DNA of 64,000 nucleotides. Origin: an uncultured Acidobacteriaceae bacterium. Its GTDB lineage: Bacteria > Acidobacteriota > Terriglobia > Bryobacterales > Bryobacteraceae. Below are positions 38,765 to 48,754 of this stretch, in pieces. Numbering within the stretch: the stretch's first letter is position 1; the number at the start of each line of letters is the position of its first letter. The stretch covers positions 423 through 64,422 of the forward strand of contig CAVYTS010000036.1 in NCBI GenBank assembly GCA_963771305.1. Reading direction: 5' to 3'. Position numbers and translations under genes: made by a program. The notes beneath the pieces were generated by a model, which saw nothing but the letters and a program-made list of their open reading frames with translations, did not search any database and was not told the origin of the DNA.

Positions 38765-39322
38765 AATCTCTATGCTTATGTTGGCAATAATCCACTGTCA
38801 AAAACCGATCCGACGGGGCACTACATCTGTAATGGGGATCAGTGTAAGCAGGTAGCTGCCGCTTTGGCTACCGCCACGACGGCGGCGTCCAGCGACAAGC
38901 TCAACAAGGACCAGAAGGGTGAGCTGCAGAAGGTTTTCAGCTTCTATGGCAAAGCTGGGGTTCACAATGGCGTCACGGTGAATGCCGGTGCGGGCACTTC
39001 GGGAACGAACAATGGGGGAACTGGCACAGTCAATGGCAAGACCACGATATCGTTGGATTTATCGCATTGGGACTCCAAGGATGCCAACCTAAATGGAGGC
39101 ACTGCGGAAGCGGAAAAGGCTGGCACCGTTATCCATGAGGGTGAACATGGTGTGCAACAGAAGGCAGTAGGGATGCCCAAAAGCAATCAGCAGGAGTTCA
39201 GTGGGGAGCAACAGGCTTTCCAAGTGCAGTCGTATGTCAATCAAGGGTTGGGGGTGACTTCCGCATACGGGGTTTGGACCCCGACAGGTGGTTTGTCGGG
39301 TAAGGGACTGGCGCGGTGCTGA
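38765..39322 (+). CDS. Orphan RHS core tail plus C-terminal toxin cassette with HExxH motif
   Basis: NLYAYVGNNPLSKTDPTG is the canonical end of the RHS repeat-associated core. The following ~165 aa contain VIHEGEHGV (HExxH). The frame opens only at 38726, directly at the RAYT-repeat boundary, so no shell is attached. Confidence 0.7.
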   Translation, partial: NLYAYVGNNPLSKTDPTGHYICNGDQCKQVAAALATATTAASSDKLNKDQKGELQKVFSFYGKAGVHNGVTVNAGAGTSGTNNGGTGTVNGKTTISLDLSHWDSKDANLNGGTAEAEKAGTVIHEGEHGVQQKAVGMPKSNQQEFSGEQQAFQVQSYVNQGLGVTSAYGVWTPTGGLSGKGLARC

Positions 39323-39355
39323 GTTGCCTCGCCCGTTTCCAACCCCTCCCCATAA

Positions 39356-39388
39356 GAACTGCTCGTGAGGTTTTCCCTCAAGCAGCTC
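39356..39388 (-). ncRNA. Group II intron domain V
   Basis: The minus strand reads GAGCTGCTTGAGG-GAAA-ACCTCACGAGCAGTTC: two-helix hairpin with GAAA tetraloop and AC bulge, matching the domain V consensus. Confidence 0.85.
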
Positions 39389-39412
39389 ACCCAGTGAATT
39401 TCGTCAAAAGGG

Positions 39413-40772
39413 TTATGAGTCCTGGTGTCTAACAGCCACTTTCACGTCCCCACTCCCGAGGCCGGGGAGGGGCTGAATCTTCCAGTCCCAATAGAGCCCC
39501 AACACATCGTAGAGGTATTCGTTACTCCATCGCCGCCAGCCCACGCTCGACTTTCGCCGCCGTTTCCGCCTGGTCAACAGGGTGCGGATCTTCAGCTCCA
39601 CGTAGTCGCGAACCTCGCTAAAGGCCCGACTCGAGTTTCCAACCCTGAAGTAGTTGACCCATCCGGCCAGCGTGGCATTGATTTGCTTCACCAGTTCCGC
39701 CACGGGAGTTGCGCCCATGCGCGATGATGTCGCGGATCTTCGCCTTGACCGCCTGGCGAGCCTTCTTCTTCGGAGTCATCAGGATGAAATATCCTGCCCC
39801 GCTTCGCTTGCGTACACGCCGCAGATCAAACCCCAGAAACCCGAATGCGTCACCGTTCAGCGTATTCACCAGTTTGGTTTTCTCCGTGTTCAGTTCGACA
39901 CCGATCAGTGCGAACTGTTCCTGGAGGCGTTGCTGGGCCCGTTCTGCCCAGCCCCGTTTGGTGTGATGCCCGCTGACGGTGATAACAACATCGTCGGCGA
40001 ACCGGTGATAGTTGACTGCCTCGTAATCTCCGTCTGCCGTTTTACGACGAATCGCGTCGAAGATCCAGTCGACCTCGTTCAGATAGATATTGGCTGCCAG
40101 CGGACTGAACGGTCCGCCTTGCGGGACAACGACCTTTCCGCCAGCTTGAATGATCTGCTTCACGAGGTGCATGACCCGTGGGTCCTGGATCCTCTGGGCG
40201 ATCTTATCCAGTAGTACCGAATGCCGGATCGTGTCGAAGTAGCGCGACAGATCAACATCGATGACCGTGGACTTACAGCCCGCTTCAGACCACGCCGGAC
40301 TTCGCCAAGGCGCATGTGGTGTTCGCTTAGGTATAAATCCATAAGAGTTCGCGCAAGAGTCGCCTGTCGAAACTGCTCGAGGATGAGTTTAATGCGCCCT
40401 GCATCACGCGATCGGCATTCATGGAATTGAAGTAGTCGAACTTTGCCTCTTGCCCTTCAGAATCTCCTGTACCAGAGCGTCCGCATGGTTTGTACCTGCC
40501 TGTGACAAGATCTTCTCGCACCGCCGCCAGAAACGCAGCGCGTCCCGCTGACTCGATGTCCCGGAAACTCTGGCCGTCGATGCCGGGGGCACCGCCGTTT
40601 CCTTTGGCGATTGGATAAGCCTCCTCCAGGGTCTCCATTTTCGTGATATGCACGAACAGACCGCAGAAGCGATGCGTCTTTTCAGACTTCGCCTTTCGAT
40701 AAATCGCCGCCTCAGTTCCTGCAGACTGCCGGGTGCCTTTGTCATCTGCCGAGTCGCCCCGGGGAATTTCAC
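39413..40772 (-). pseudogene. Group II intron reverse transcriptase/maturase, broken by several frame changes
   Basis: Pieces in ORFs 40419-40772 and 40327-40653 (AYPIAKGNGGAPGIDGQSF), 39618-40172 (RT motifs, RFADDVVI) and 39413-39718 (maturase LAGWVNYF). At least four frame switches are needed. Confidence 0.85.
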
Positions 40773-42004
40773 CCCGAGGCGCTCACAGATTCCGGACGTG
40801 AACCTCTCGATTCATCCGGCTCGTGCCACCGAGTGAAAGCTGCCGCCTTCTGCCGAAACCAGCGAGTTCCTCCGGTTGCCGGTTGACCCTGACGATGTCG
40901 ACACGAGTGACCTGCTCCCTTCGCTCCTCGGGCATTACCCCGGATCACCGCTACTACGAAGCAGTCCGCCTCTGATTAACGCTTCGGTACTTTCAGCCTC
41001 GGAGTTCGTCCGCTTGAGCTTTTTCCCTTAGCATAGTCAACCAGGTTCTCAAGTTCGGTACGAAAAGCCCGAGCTAGAGTCACGCCTTCTATACACGGGA
41101 CATACCGGCAGTGGGCAGGTAACGGCAGTGCTCGCGGAAAGGGTGCGTCACTAGAGGTTCGATGTTGTAAGGAGTTTTAGATGCGTATCGAAGGTTCGTT
41201 TACACTCGTCTCTCTAACCTATACATGACGTGATCAAATGCCACGCCTTTTAACCATAACGTTCACCACCGCAGCCCTTAGACCGTAGCAGCTTATGGCA
41301 GTTTGAAGCCTCCCCCTACAGAGCGGCTGCGAGGGGCACACCCTCATCTCTTCGTACAGCATGACGCTTTCGCGTCTTCTTGACACAACACCCCTGCCTC
41401 GCCTTGACGGACGGAACATTCACTGGTCCGGACCCTTCCCTCCGGGCGCGTTTTGCTGCACGCCCATCAACGGTACTTCGATCCGATCCGTCACCCTGTT
41501 GCCGGTATACCAGCAGATCACTCGCGGTTATAGCCGGAATCATCCCGACGAGTTTTTTCGCTGGGCCCGAGGGCTTCTCCAGTTTCCACATCATCCTTCA
41601 CGCCATGTCGCCGCTGATACCCGCCGGTGAGAGCCGCCGTGTCGGACTCGTTTCGGACAACTCTTGCTGCTTTCGCACGTTATCGACCGTCTCAGCCACC
41701 GGAGATTCGTGTAACGAGGCTACGTCTGCGTTCACTGCACGTTGCAACCTGGTGCGTTGCGCACACTCCTTTCGAGTATGTTTGTCGGAGGGCTCCACCG
41801 TCTTGCTTTCGCGCCACGGTGCCTCCCCAGCTACGAGGTCTGAGTCTTTTGACCTCGGTCGGTCTCTCACCGACTGGACAATGTGTCCTTGTCTGGACAC
41901 GCCAATCAACCAGCGACTGATGCAATATCAACGACAGCAACACAAATCTGGTGGGGGTGGGGTTGGGCGCCGACAGAAGCTGCGGCACCTGGAGGGCCTC
42001 CCCA

Positions 42005-42197
42005 ATGAGGAATGCCACAGTCCATAGACGGATAATCCTGTACCTTCTAGCGTCTCTCCTGATCTTCCTCGCTGTTCCTAGTGTTTCCATACAGGCGGCG
42101 GCGAAAAATGTTAGCTTCTGTGATTTAGCTAAGAATCCTAAGCGATTTAACAACCAGGAGATTACTGTGACGGCACAGTATGAGAGCGATGGAGTCG
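42005..42197 (+). pseudogene. 5' part of a small secreted-protein gene interrupted by ISL3
   Basis: MRNATVHRRIILYLLASLLIFLAVPSVSIQA signal, then ...TAQYESDGVEG up to the IS end. The frame arithmetic fits continuation at 43473. Confidence 0.5.
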
Positions 42198-43472
42198 AGG
42201 GAAGGGGCTCCTGTCCCAAGAGTGTAATTAGCGTTCGACGGGCAACGGCAGCCGGGCGCAGCAGTGATAGATGGCTGCGATGAAATTCTTGGCGCTGCGG
42301 AATCCGAACGAGCGATGGCTGATCGATTTGATTTTGTTGTTCATTCCCTCTACGGCACCGTTGGAGAGGCGTTGCTTGGTCCATGACAGGATTCCATCCA
42401 GATGGGAACGGAGCGTGCGCGCAAATTTCTTGAACGGCTCCAGGCGTGAGCCCATCGCCGAGCGCATCCATTTCTCCAGGTGGGCTTTGGCTCGGGCCGG
42501 CTGGCGGTAGTCCCAAAAGAGTTGAAAGGATTCCTTGAGGTAATAGGCGCGCACGATCGGCGTGTTCCACCGCACCATCGTCGATAGCCGTTCCTTCTGG
42601 TCGCCCGTGAGATTCCATGGATTCTTCAGCAGCAACCAGCGGCTGCGCTTGAACACCACTTTCTCCTTCAAACTCAGTCGGCGCATTTCACTGCGCCGAA
42701 CTTCCTCGACCGCTTCGTGGAGGTGCTTGACGATGTGGAATCGGTCGAACAAGATCTGCGCATTAGGAGCGTGCTCGCCGACCAGAGTGGCGTAGGGCGC
42801 CCACATGTCCATGCACACGACGCGCAGCGTGTGGCAACGCCGCGTGCCCATTTCTCTGGTGAAGAACGGTTTCACCGCTTCTTCGGTTCGGTCGTCTCCG
42901 ACCCACAGCAATCCCCGGCGCTCCAAATCGTAAACCACCGTGAGATACACCTGCCCTTTACGACGGCTCACCTCATCCATGCCAATCACATGGACCGGTG
43001 GGCGCGCGCGATGGCGTAAACCATACTCCACCGCCCGCTTCACGATCGTCGCCACGCTCTTCCAGTTCAGGCCGTACTGGCGTGCCGTTCCCTGCCAACT
43101 CAACTCCCGTGCCAACCGGGCCACCGCATTGAACAGCGCCGTGGTCACGCGCGCCCACGGCTCCGCCCATGGAAAGTCCTCTACCCGCACTCCGCATCGG
43201 GGGCATACTACGCGGCGCGGATGGTAGCGCAGTTTCAACGGCCACATGCCGCATCGACAGATCGCGCCATTCCCGCTGTTTTCGCATATTGTGCAACTTC
43301 CGGCAGCGCTGTCGGCAAACCCCACAGCGCAAAAGCCGCTGACCCAGTCGGTCGATGTGTACGAGCATGAACCGGTCGGTTTCTTCCACCTTTGTTACCG
43401 TGTGGGCTTTCAGGCGCAACTGTTTTCTGATAAAGGTCTCGATGAGCACTTCGATCCCCTTCCTTTCGGTGG
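42195..43472 (-). mobile_element. ISL3-family insertion sequence (about 1.28 kb)
   Basis: The transposase nearly fills the element. Imperfect terminal inverted repeat core GGAAGGGG(C/A)TC at 42199-42211 and, inverted, at 43453-43465. Exact ends and target duplication are not resolved. Confidence 0.7.
42228..43449 (-). pseudogene. ISL3-family transposase; one frame change near 43250
   Basis: N-terminus MLIETFIRKQLRLKAHTVTKVEE...RCGVCRQ (ORF 42973-43449). The remainder, CPRCGVRVEDFPWAEP...GMDEVSRRKG...DMWAPY...NGAVEGMNNKIK, is in ORF 42228-43325. Confidence 0.85.
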
Positions 43473-43848
43473 GCCGATAACAACAGCCCTCAAAGGATTA
43501 GATGAATCGGGGATTCAGGCCGCCTACTCCGACGGCAATCTGTTGCATCTGAAACCGTTCAACCTCAATTTCACTTTTGGGATACGAACCCGTGAAGGCC
43601 TGTCTGACTCTACTTGCAGGGAATCGGGGGTCGCGCTGGAAATCGTCCGGGACGCCAAGGGAATGGATCAACTCCGGGCTGCTCTTCATGGTGGCTACCC
43701 GGGGACGCTAGATAAGACCGTGATCGGCACCTTCAATGGTATTTTCCACTGGCTACCCGAAAACCATCCCCCGAGAGTGCTGAGCGTGCGGAGTATGCAG
43801 GGCTTTTCAGTTCACCAAAAGCCGTTGCCGTTCAAGGTTCTGCAATAA
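43473..43848 (+). pseudogene. 3' part of the ISL3-interrupted secreted-protein gene
   Basis: The tail of ORF 43246-43848 (GPITTALKGLDESGIQAAYSDGNLLHLKPFNLNF...KPLPFKVLQ) starts at the IS boundary. Confidence 0.45.
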
Positions 43849-44251
43849 AGCTCTTGAACGCCTGTACCGGTTCCGGGGCCTCCCCTTTGGGGCGGCCTCG
43901 CTGCTATCGTCGGCGCATCGGTGGGTGCTATCCGGGTCTCTGTTCCGGGCCTCTTGCTGAACGCTTCCCAGAACGAGGAAAGGCGCATACCAAGGGCTCC
44001 CATCGTCCCCTTCGCCCACCGGACACGGGCGCAAACGTACAATGGTCTATCCGATGGAAGCGCCACTAGAAGGCCGGCCGGCAGCCTCTCTTTTAGTAGC
44101 CGCCCACCTGTGCCCGCCAGTAAGCGAAAACTCGCATCGGGGATATCAGCTTTCGACCGCCATCCTGCATCCAGGCATCGGCTTCGTTAACTCCAATAGG
44201 CCAACCGGGTTGGACGTTTGTTTGTACGACGACGGCAGAGGATCTCGTAGT

Positions 44252-44687
44252 ACCGGCAAGAAAGGGATCAGGAATCAGGGCTCGATTACTTTGGGGCGAG
44301 GTACTACGGGAGTGCGCTGGGGCGGTTTACGAGCCCGGACCCTGCAGGCATCATGAATCAAAAGTTAGTTGACCCGCAGCAGTGGAATTCCTACGCATAT
44401 GTCAGAAACAACCCCTTGAGAATGGTAGACACAAATGGCATGTGGCCAATAGACATGCACAACGCCATTATTAATGGGGCCTTCGGCGGCCTCTCCGCTT
44501 CGCAAAGGGGCGTTTTGCAAGCTGCAAGCAAGAGAGTGGACGGTTACCTCAACGGCGGCCAGACTGCTGAGAAGGCACCTCAACACGGGATGCGGGCTTG
44601 GTGGCAGACATCAGCTGATGCCAGGGCACAAGCGGACAAGTTTATTTCCGACAACGAGTCAAAGGCAGCAACCTTAAAAAGCAATGA
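44252..44687 (+). pseudogene. Second orphan RHS core tail plus short C-terminal toxin cassette; frame changes at both ends
   Basis: TGK(E)RDQESGLDYFGARYYGSALGRFTSPDP...NSYAYVRNNPLRMVDTNG is RHS core consensus, with a shift near 44262. The CT region follows (MWPIDMHNAIINGAFGG...). A possible original stop TGA at 44685-44687 overlaps the next ATG but lies in another frame. Confidence 0.65.
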
Positions 44688-45144
44688 AAGGAACACCCGT
44701 GCGTGCACCGGTAGCTTTGCTGATCGTCGTCTGCTTTGTACTTGTGGCTTCCGCTCTCCTCCAGACGAGGAAGGAATTCGTCGCGTCATGCTCTGTCAGT
44801 GTCACGGGAAGGACGGCCGCCCAGCTGCAAACGTACGTGTGTCCGAGATTTGGAATGCCTACTCTTATGACCTGTCGGGGAGCCAGGACATTCAAACCGA
44901 TCTTCAAGGCCGCGCGTTTTTTCCCGCGCAGACGTCGACGCACTCTGTACTTTTTTGGTCCCTGAGCCCAATCGTCACGCACATAAAATACGGTGCACAC
45001 GCAAGCTCCGAAACCACGGCTACAGTGGGGATTTCGGAGCCGGGCCTGAAGAGACGCGAAGGCGACGTTGACAGATTCACCTGCAGCGGCCATGAGTGCC
45101 TCGGCCATCCGCTTGTATATGAAATGAAAATCGCAGGGATTTAG
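44684..45144 (+). pseudogene. Immunity-like membrane-anchored protein with carboxypeptidase-regulatory-like fold; one frame change near 44805
   Basis: MKGTPVRAPVALLIVVCFVLVASALL (TM/signal) in ORF 44684-44965. It continues as GKDGRPAANVRVSEIWN...TDLQGRAFFP... in the frame of ORF 44353-45144. Its position directly after the toxin cassette suggests immunity. Confidence 0.45.
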
Positions 45145-45174
45145 ACCGAGGGGTGCCCGCTGAGACAAAAGTAG

Positions 45175-45679
45175 CTGAAGGCAGCTAACGATCTCGGGTT
45201 CATATCGCGGAACCTCGCCAACGTTCTTTCGCGAACCGGCAAGATCGAGGAGGCAGACCGTGAAGCCAACGCGGCTCTGGTCTTGGCTCCCTACAATCCC
45301 GTCGCTGCAAACACCGTTGGCCTCGTCTTGCTCCGGGAAGGAGCCTACGAGAAAGCGATGACCCAGTTTGATCACGCCATCCAGGTTGGAACGCATCCGG
45401 CTGCAATCGCCTCGACGTTGAACGACACCGGCGCATCCCTGGCTTCTCACGGCCAGTCTCAGGAAGGCGAGTTGCTGAATCGCCAACGCGGTGGCACTCA
45501 ACCCCGCCCTTGCCCAAGCCCGGCGCAATCTCGTCTTGGTCCTGCTGGATCAGGGTAGACGCGCAGACGCTAAAGTCAGCCTGGATCACGCAATCCGTCC
45601 AACTGGACAGCGCACGGAGTATCGGGCTCTCGCCGCACAGATTTCGGGCCTGCAGCCGCAGACAGGCCAAGGGCCTTAG
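45175..45679 (+). pseudogene. TPR-repeat protein, C-terminal fragment; one frame change near 45480
   Basis: LANVLSRTGKIEEADREANAALVLAPYNPVAANTVGLVLLREGAYEKAMTQFDHAIQV, then in another frame ALNPALAQARRNLVLVLLDQGRRADAKVSLDHAI. No N-terminus is present. Confidence 0.6.
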
Positions 45680-45830
45680 GAATCGGTCTGTCAGCCAATT
45701 TGGTGTCTGTTTCGAATGAGCACGGGGAAGACTACCGAGACAGGATAGACGTAATAGACTGCGGATAAGAATATGAAAATATTCGAGAAATGGATGCGAG
45801 TCTCTGTTTTCAGGAACCTAGCATGGGGTC

Positions 45831-45859
45831 TGGGTTCGAATCCCACTCTCTCCGCCAGA
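45831..45859 (+). repeat. att-like core, copy 2 (29-nt exact duplicate of the tRNA-Ser 3' end)
   Basis: tgggttcgaatcccactctctccgccaga; no tRNA body lies upstream of it. Confidence 0.8.
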
Positions 45860-46220
45860 TAACCTGCAGCGCCTCAGTCTGATCATGTACTGCTGCTGCT
45901 TTGATACACGTTGTTTCGATGCATCGGCATCCACTATTGCGGCAGCGATAGACTCTCTAACCGTCCCTGATCCGAGCCCCTCCGGGCGCCCAGCCTATGA
46001 GCCGCACCGCGATCGCCTTGCTGGAAGCCTGACCCGCCCCAGTTTTGATCTCCCACCAGCATGTTAGCTTTGCCAACTGCGCGGAGAGGGGCCACGGCGC
46101 AGTCCTCATGAGCCGACGGGTTACTCTGTGATTGATGACGGCTGCGGGCTTTTGCCAGTAGCAGAGCCAAGGTGGCGCACGAGCACCGCTTCGTCCATTC
46201 GGTTTTCCCGCATAAACGTG

Positions 46221-46916
46221 ATGCCAGATTTCGCGATCAGCCAAGAAGTTTCGTTTGGGTTAGTGCCAGAAGGTGTCTGCTTCATTCTTATCGCTGCCGG
46301 CTTACTGCTGCGCCGCAGATGGATTGCGAGTTCCGGCTTGCTTCTCCTGTACGCCTTTAGCACGCCTCTGGTCTGCAATGCCTTGGTTGGCTTGCTCGAG
46401 AGGCGAACGCCTATGGTTTCGATTCGCGACTGCCCCACTGCCGACGCAATTGTCGCATTGGGCGGCGATGATTACCGGTTAGAGCGGGCGGTGGATCTCT
46501 TGCAGGCGGACCGGGCCTCACTTCTCATAGTCACAATGGTGGGCCGGCCTTTATTGGCAGCGGGGGGAACGGGGCCGACTCTTCGAGAAATGGCCATGGA
46601 CCGGGGAGTGCCCGCCACTAAGATTGTCGTAACGGGCGTGGCTCGGAATACCGCTGGCGAAGCGGCCGAAGTGTCGCGCCTTGCCTGTTCGATGGGATTT
46701 CGGAAATCCTGCTAGCTGACTTCGGCGCTGCACATGCCGCGGGCAAGCAGACTGTTTGCGCGGGAGGGCTTCGAGGTGACGGGGTTTGCCTCAAACTATG
46801 TGGAGTGTTCGAACTGCAGATCACTGATTCCCAGCGCACGTGCGCTGGCCCTGTCGGAGATGGCGCTTCACGAGATGCTCGGATTGCTCTACGATTCGGT
46901 ACGGCATCGCGGCTGA
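46221..46916 (+). pseudogene. DUF218 / YdcF-family protein with an in-frame TAG at 46713-46715
   Basis: ADAIVALGGD..., GVPATKIVVTGVARNTAGEA, then (stop) LTSALHMPRASRLF. ORFs 46128-46715 and 46734-46916 are in the same frame. Confidence 0.7.
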
Positions 46917-47136
46917 TTGGATCATCCCAGACGAACCCACTCAGAAGCCTCAAGGCGCCGCGGGCCGCGTTAGAATTTGCCACGAGGATTACGAAGCGAA
47001 CTCCTGAGACGGGTGACAACCTGAAGACACAAGGCCTCCTTCTTCTTGGACTTGCGGGCCTCTTACTTTGAACGGATGTGTCGAATTGGGGAAGAGAGTC
47101 GAGATGGGCGGCGCTCTTCCGGAGAATGTGAACTGG

Positions 47137-47326
47137 TCGGGATGGAGCTCGGGCGCGCCAGCTGTAGGTGGAGGGTTACCAGCCCCGCCCTTTCGGTTGC
47201 GGGATGGGTTCACAGTTCCACCATGGCTACGGGTCGGGATGGAGCTCGGGCGCGCCAGCTGTAGGTGAGGGTTACCAGCCCCGCCCTTTCGGTTGCGGGA
47301 TGGGTTCACAGTTCCACCATGGCTAC
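47137..47326. repeat. Tandem direct duplication, 2 x about 96 bp, near identical
   Basis: The unit tcgggatggagctcgggcgcgccagctgtaggtg(g)agggttaccagccccgccctttcggttgcgggatgggttcacagttccaccatggctac is repeated head to tail, with one 1-nt indel between copies. Each unit contains the hairpin cccgc...gcggg. Confidence 0.85.
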
Positions 47327-47486
47327 TTTTCCCGAGGCCCCCCTATAATCCCGGACGGCCGGGTTTCCCTGGTCCGTTTGAAACCTTGGCTTTCTTCCGT
47401 GGGCCTTCCCAGTTGAGAGAGGTTAAAGCGCTGGCTCGCATACACCCCTGCCCTTCCTGGTTTACCCTCAGCCTCGTCTCTAGCTA

Positions 47487-48681
47487 GTGTATTGTCCAAC
47501 AAATAACTAGACAAATTTGGAGATCCGGATTATCCTGGGGCATGGGTAAGTCATGTCAGCCTTCTGCCGTGGACAGGAGAAGCTTGAGCAGTGGATCGCG
47601 GCGCATGGAACACCGCAGCAAGTGGCTTTGCGCTGTCGGATCGTGGTGGCAGCGGCGACGGGAAGTCCGATGTCGATATCGCGAAGCAGCTTTCGGTGAA
47701 CCGCAATACGGTGATTCTGTGGCGGAAGCGCTTTGGCGAGGAGGGATTGGACGGTCTGTGGGATATTGCTCCGGGCCGGGGACGGAAGCCTCTCTACGAA
47801 ATAGACAAGATCGCGGCCATCGTGGATGCGACCCTGCAAACCAAACCGGCGGGGATGACGCATTGGAGTTGCCGGACCATGGCAGAGAGCCAGGGCGTCA
47901 GTAAGTCCACCGTCAACAATATCTGGCGCGCCCACAAGTTGCAGCCGCATCGCACCAAGACGTTCAAGCTGTCGCGCGATCCGAAGTTTCTGGAGAAAAT
48001 GACCGATGTGGTCGGTCTGTACCTGAATCCTCCGCAACAGGCAATCGTGCTTTGCGTGGACGAAAAGAGCCAGATTCAGGCGCTGGATCGGACGCAGCCC
48101 GGATTGCCCATCAAAAAAGGCCGTTGCGGCACAATGACCCACGATTACAAGCGCAATGGCACAACGACTCTGTTCGCCGCTATGGACACGTTACAAGGCA
48201 AGGTCGTCGGCGAATGCCATCAGAGGCACCGGCATCAGGAGTTTCTGAAATTCCTGCGCCGCCTGGACAAGGAGTTCCCCGGCAAGGTCCCGTTACATCT
48301 GATCATGGACAACTACGGCACACACAAACACGAGAAAGTAAGGGAGTGGCTGAAACGTCATCCCCGGTTCGTGCCTCACTTCGTACCGACCAGTTCCAGT
48401 TGGTTGAATCTGGTGGAGAGATGGTTCGGTCACCTCGACAACAAGGCCATTCGCCGCGGCGTCTTCCTCAGCGTCGCCGACCTCCAGTCGTCCATCGAAG
48501 CCTTTCTCCAGGCCTGGAACCAAGAACCCAAACCCTTCGTGTGGACCGCAACCGTCGAGTCCATCCAGGAGAAGCTCACCCGTTGCCGCCGAACTCTGGA
48601 ACAGATCCTGCCCGGCTGCACGAGTCCCAAGTCCAGAAAACGGAAAAAAGTGACTGTCTAGTTATTTCGAAGACACTACAC
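47487..48681 (+). mobile_element. IS630-family insertion sequence flanked by a TA duplication
   Basis: 27-nt imperfect inverted repeats gtgtattgtccaacaaataactagaca / tgtctagttatttcgaagacactacac. TA at 47485-47486 and at 48682-48683. Confidence 0.8.
47553..48661 (+). pseudogene. IS630-family DDE transposase; one frame change near 47650
   Basis: N-terminal HTH MSAFCRGQEKLEQWIAAHGTPQQVALRCRIV in frame 3. The rest (DIAKQLSVNRNTVILWRKRF...CVDEKSQIQALDR...IMDNYGTHKH...SSWLNLVERWF) is in ORF 47591-48661. Confidence 0.85.
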
Positions 48682-48754
48682 TAGTATTACTGTGTTATAA
48701 ATAATTGAGCCTATTGAGGATGATGGCAATGGCCGGGTATGGTGAAGGGGATGG

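Larger units (their letters stand above)
39312..41341 (-). mobile_element. Bacterial group II intron (about 2.0 kb); boundaries approximate
   Basis: Domain V at 39356-39388. DIII-like motif CGTAGTAGCGGTGATCCGGGGTAATGCCC (minus strand, 40926-40962). 5' candidate GTGTGCCCCTCGC...AGGGGG at 41341. The RT/maturase ORF lies in domain IV. Confidence 0.75.

Noticed and set aside
41692-42618. 308-aa minus-strand ORF
   Set aside because: Its 5' portion (42228-42618) is an out-of-frame overlap of the ISL3 transposase 3' region, and the remainder crosses the IS boundary. It cannot be a genuine gene.
44674-45528. 284-aa minus-strand ORF
   Set aside because: It is antisense to the RHS cassette, the immunity-like gene and the TPR fragment. 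It has an Arg-rich composition and no motifs.
45880-46230. Possible integrase remnant on the minus strand just inside island 2
   Set aside because: Short stretches (LAKLTCWWEIKTG...) only vaguely resemble integrase core-binding regions, three frames would be needed, and no catalytic motifs are present.
47137-47326. Possible CRISPR array
   Set aside because: There are only two units, directly adjacent with no spacers, and no cas genes anywhere in the window. It is a tandem duplication.
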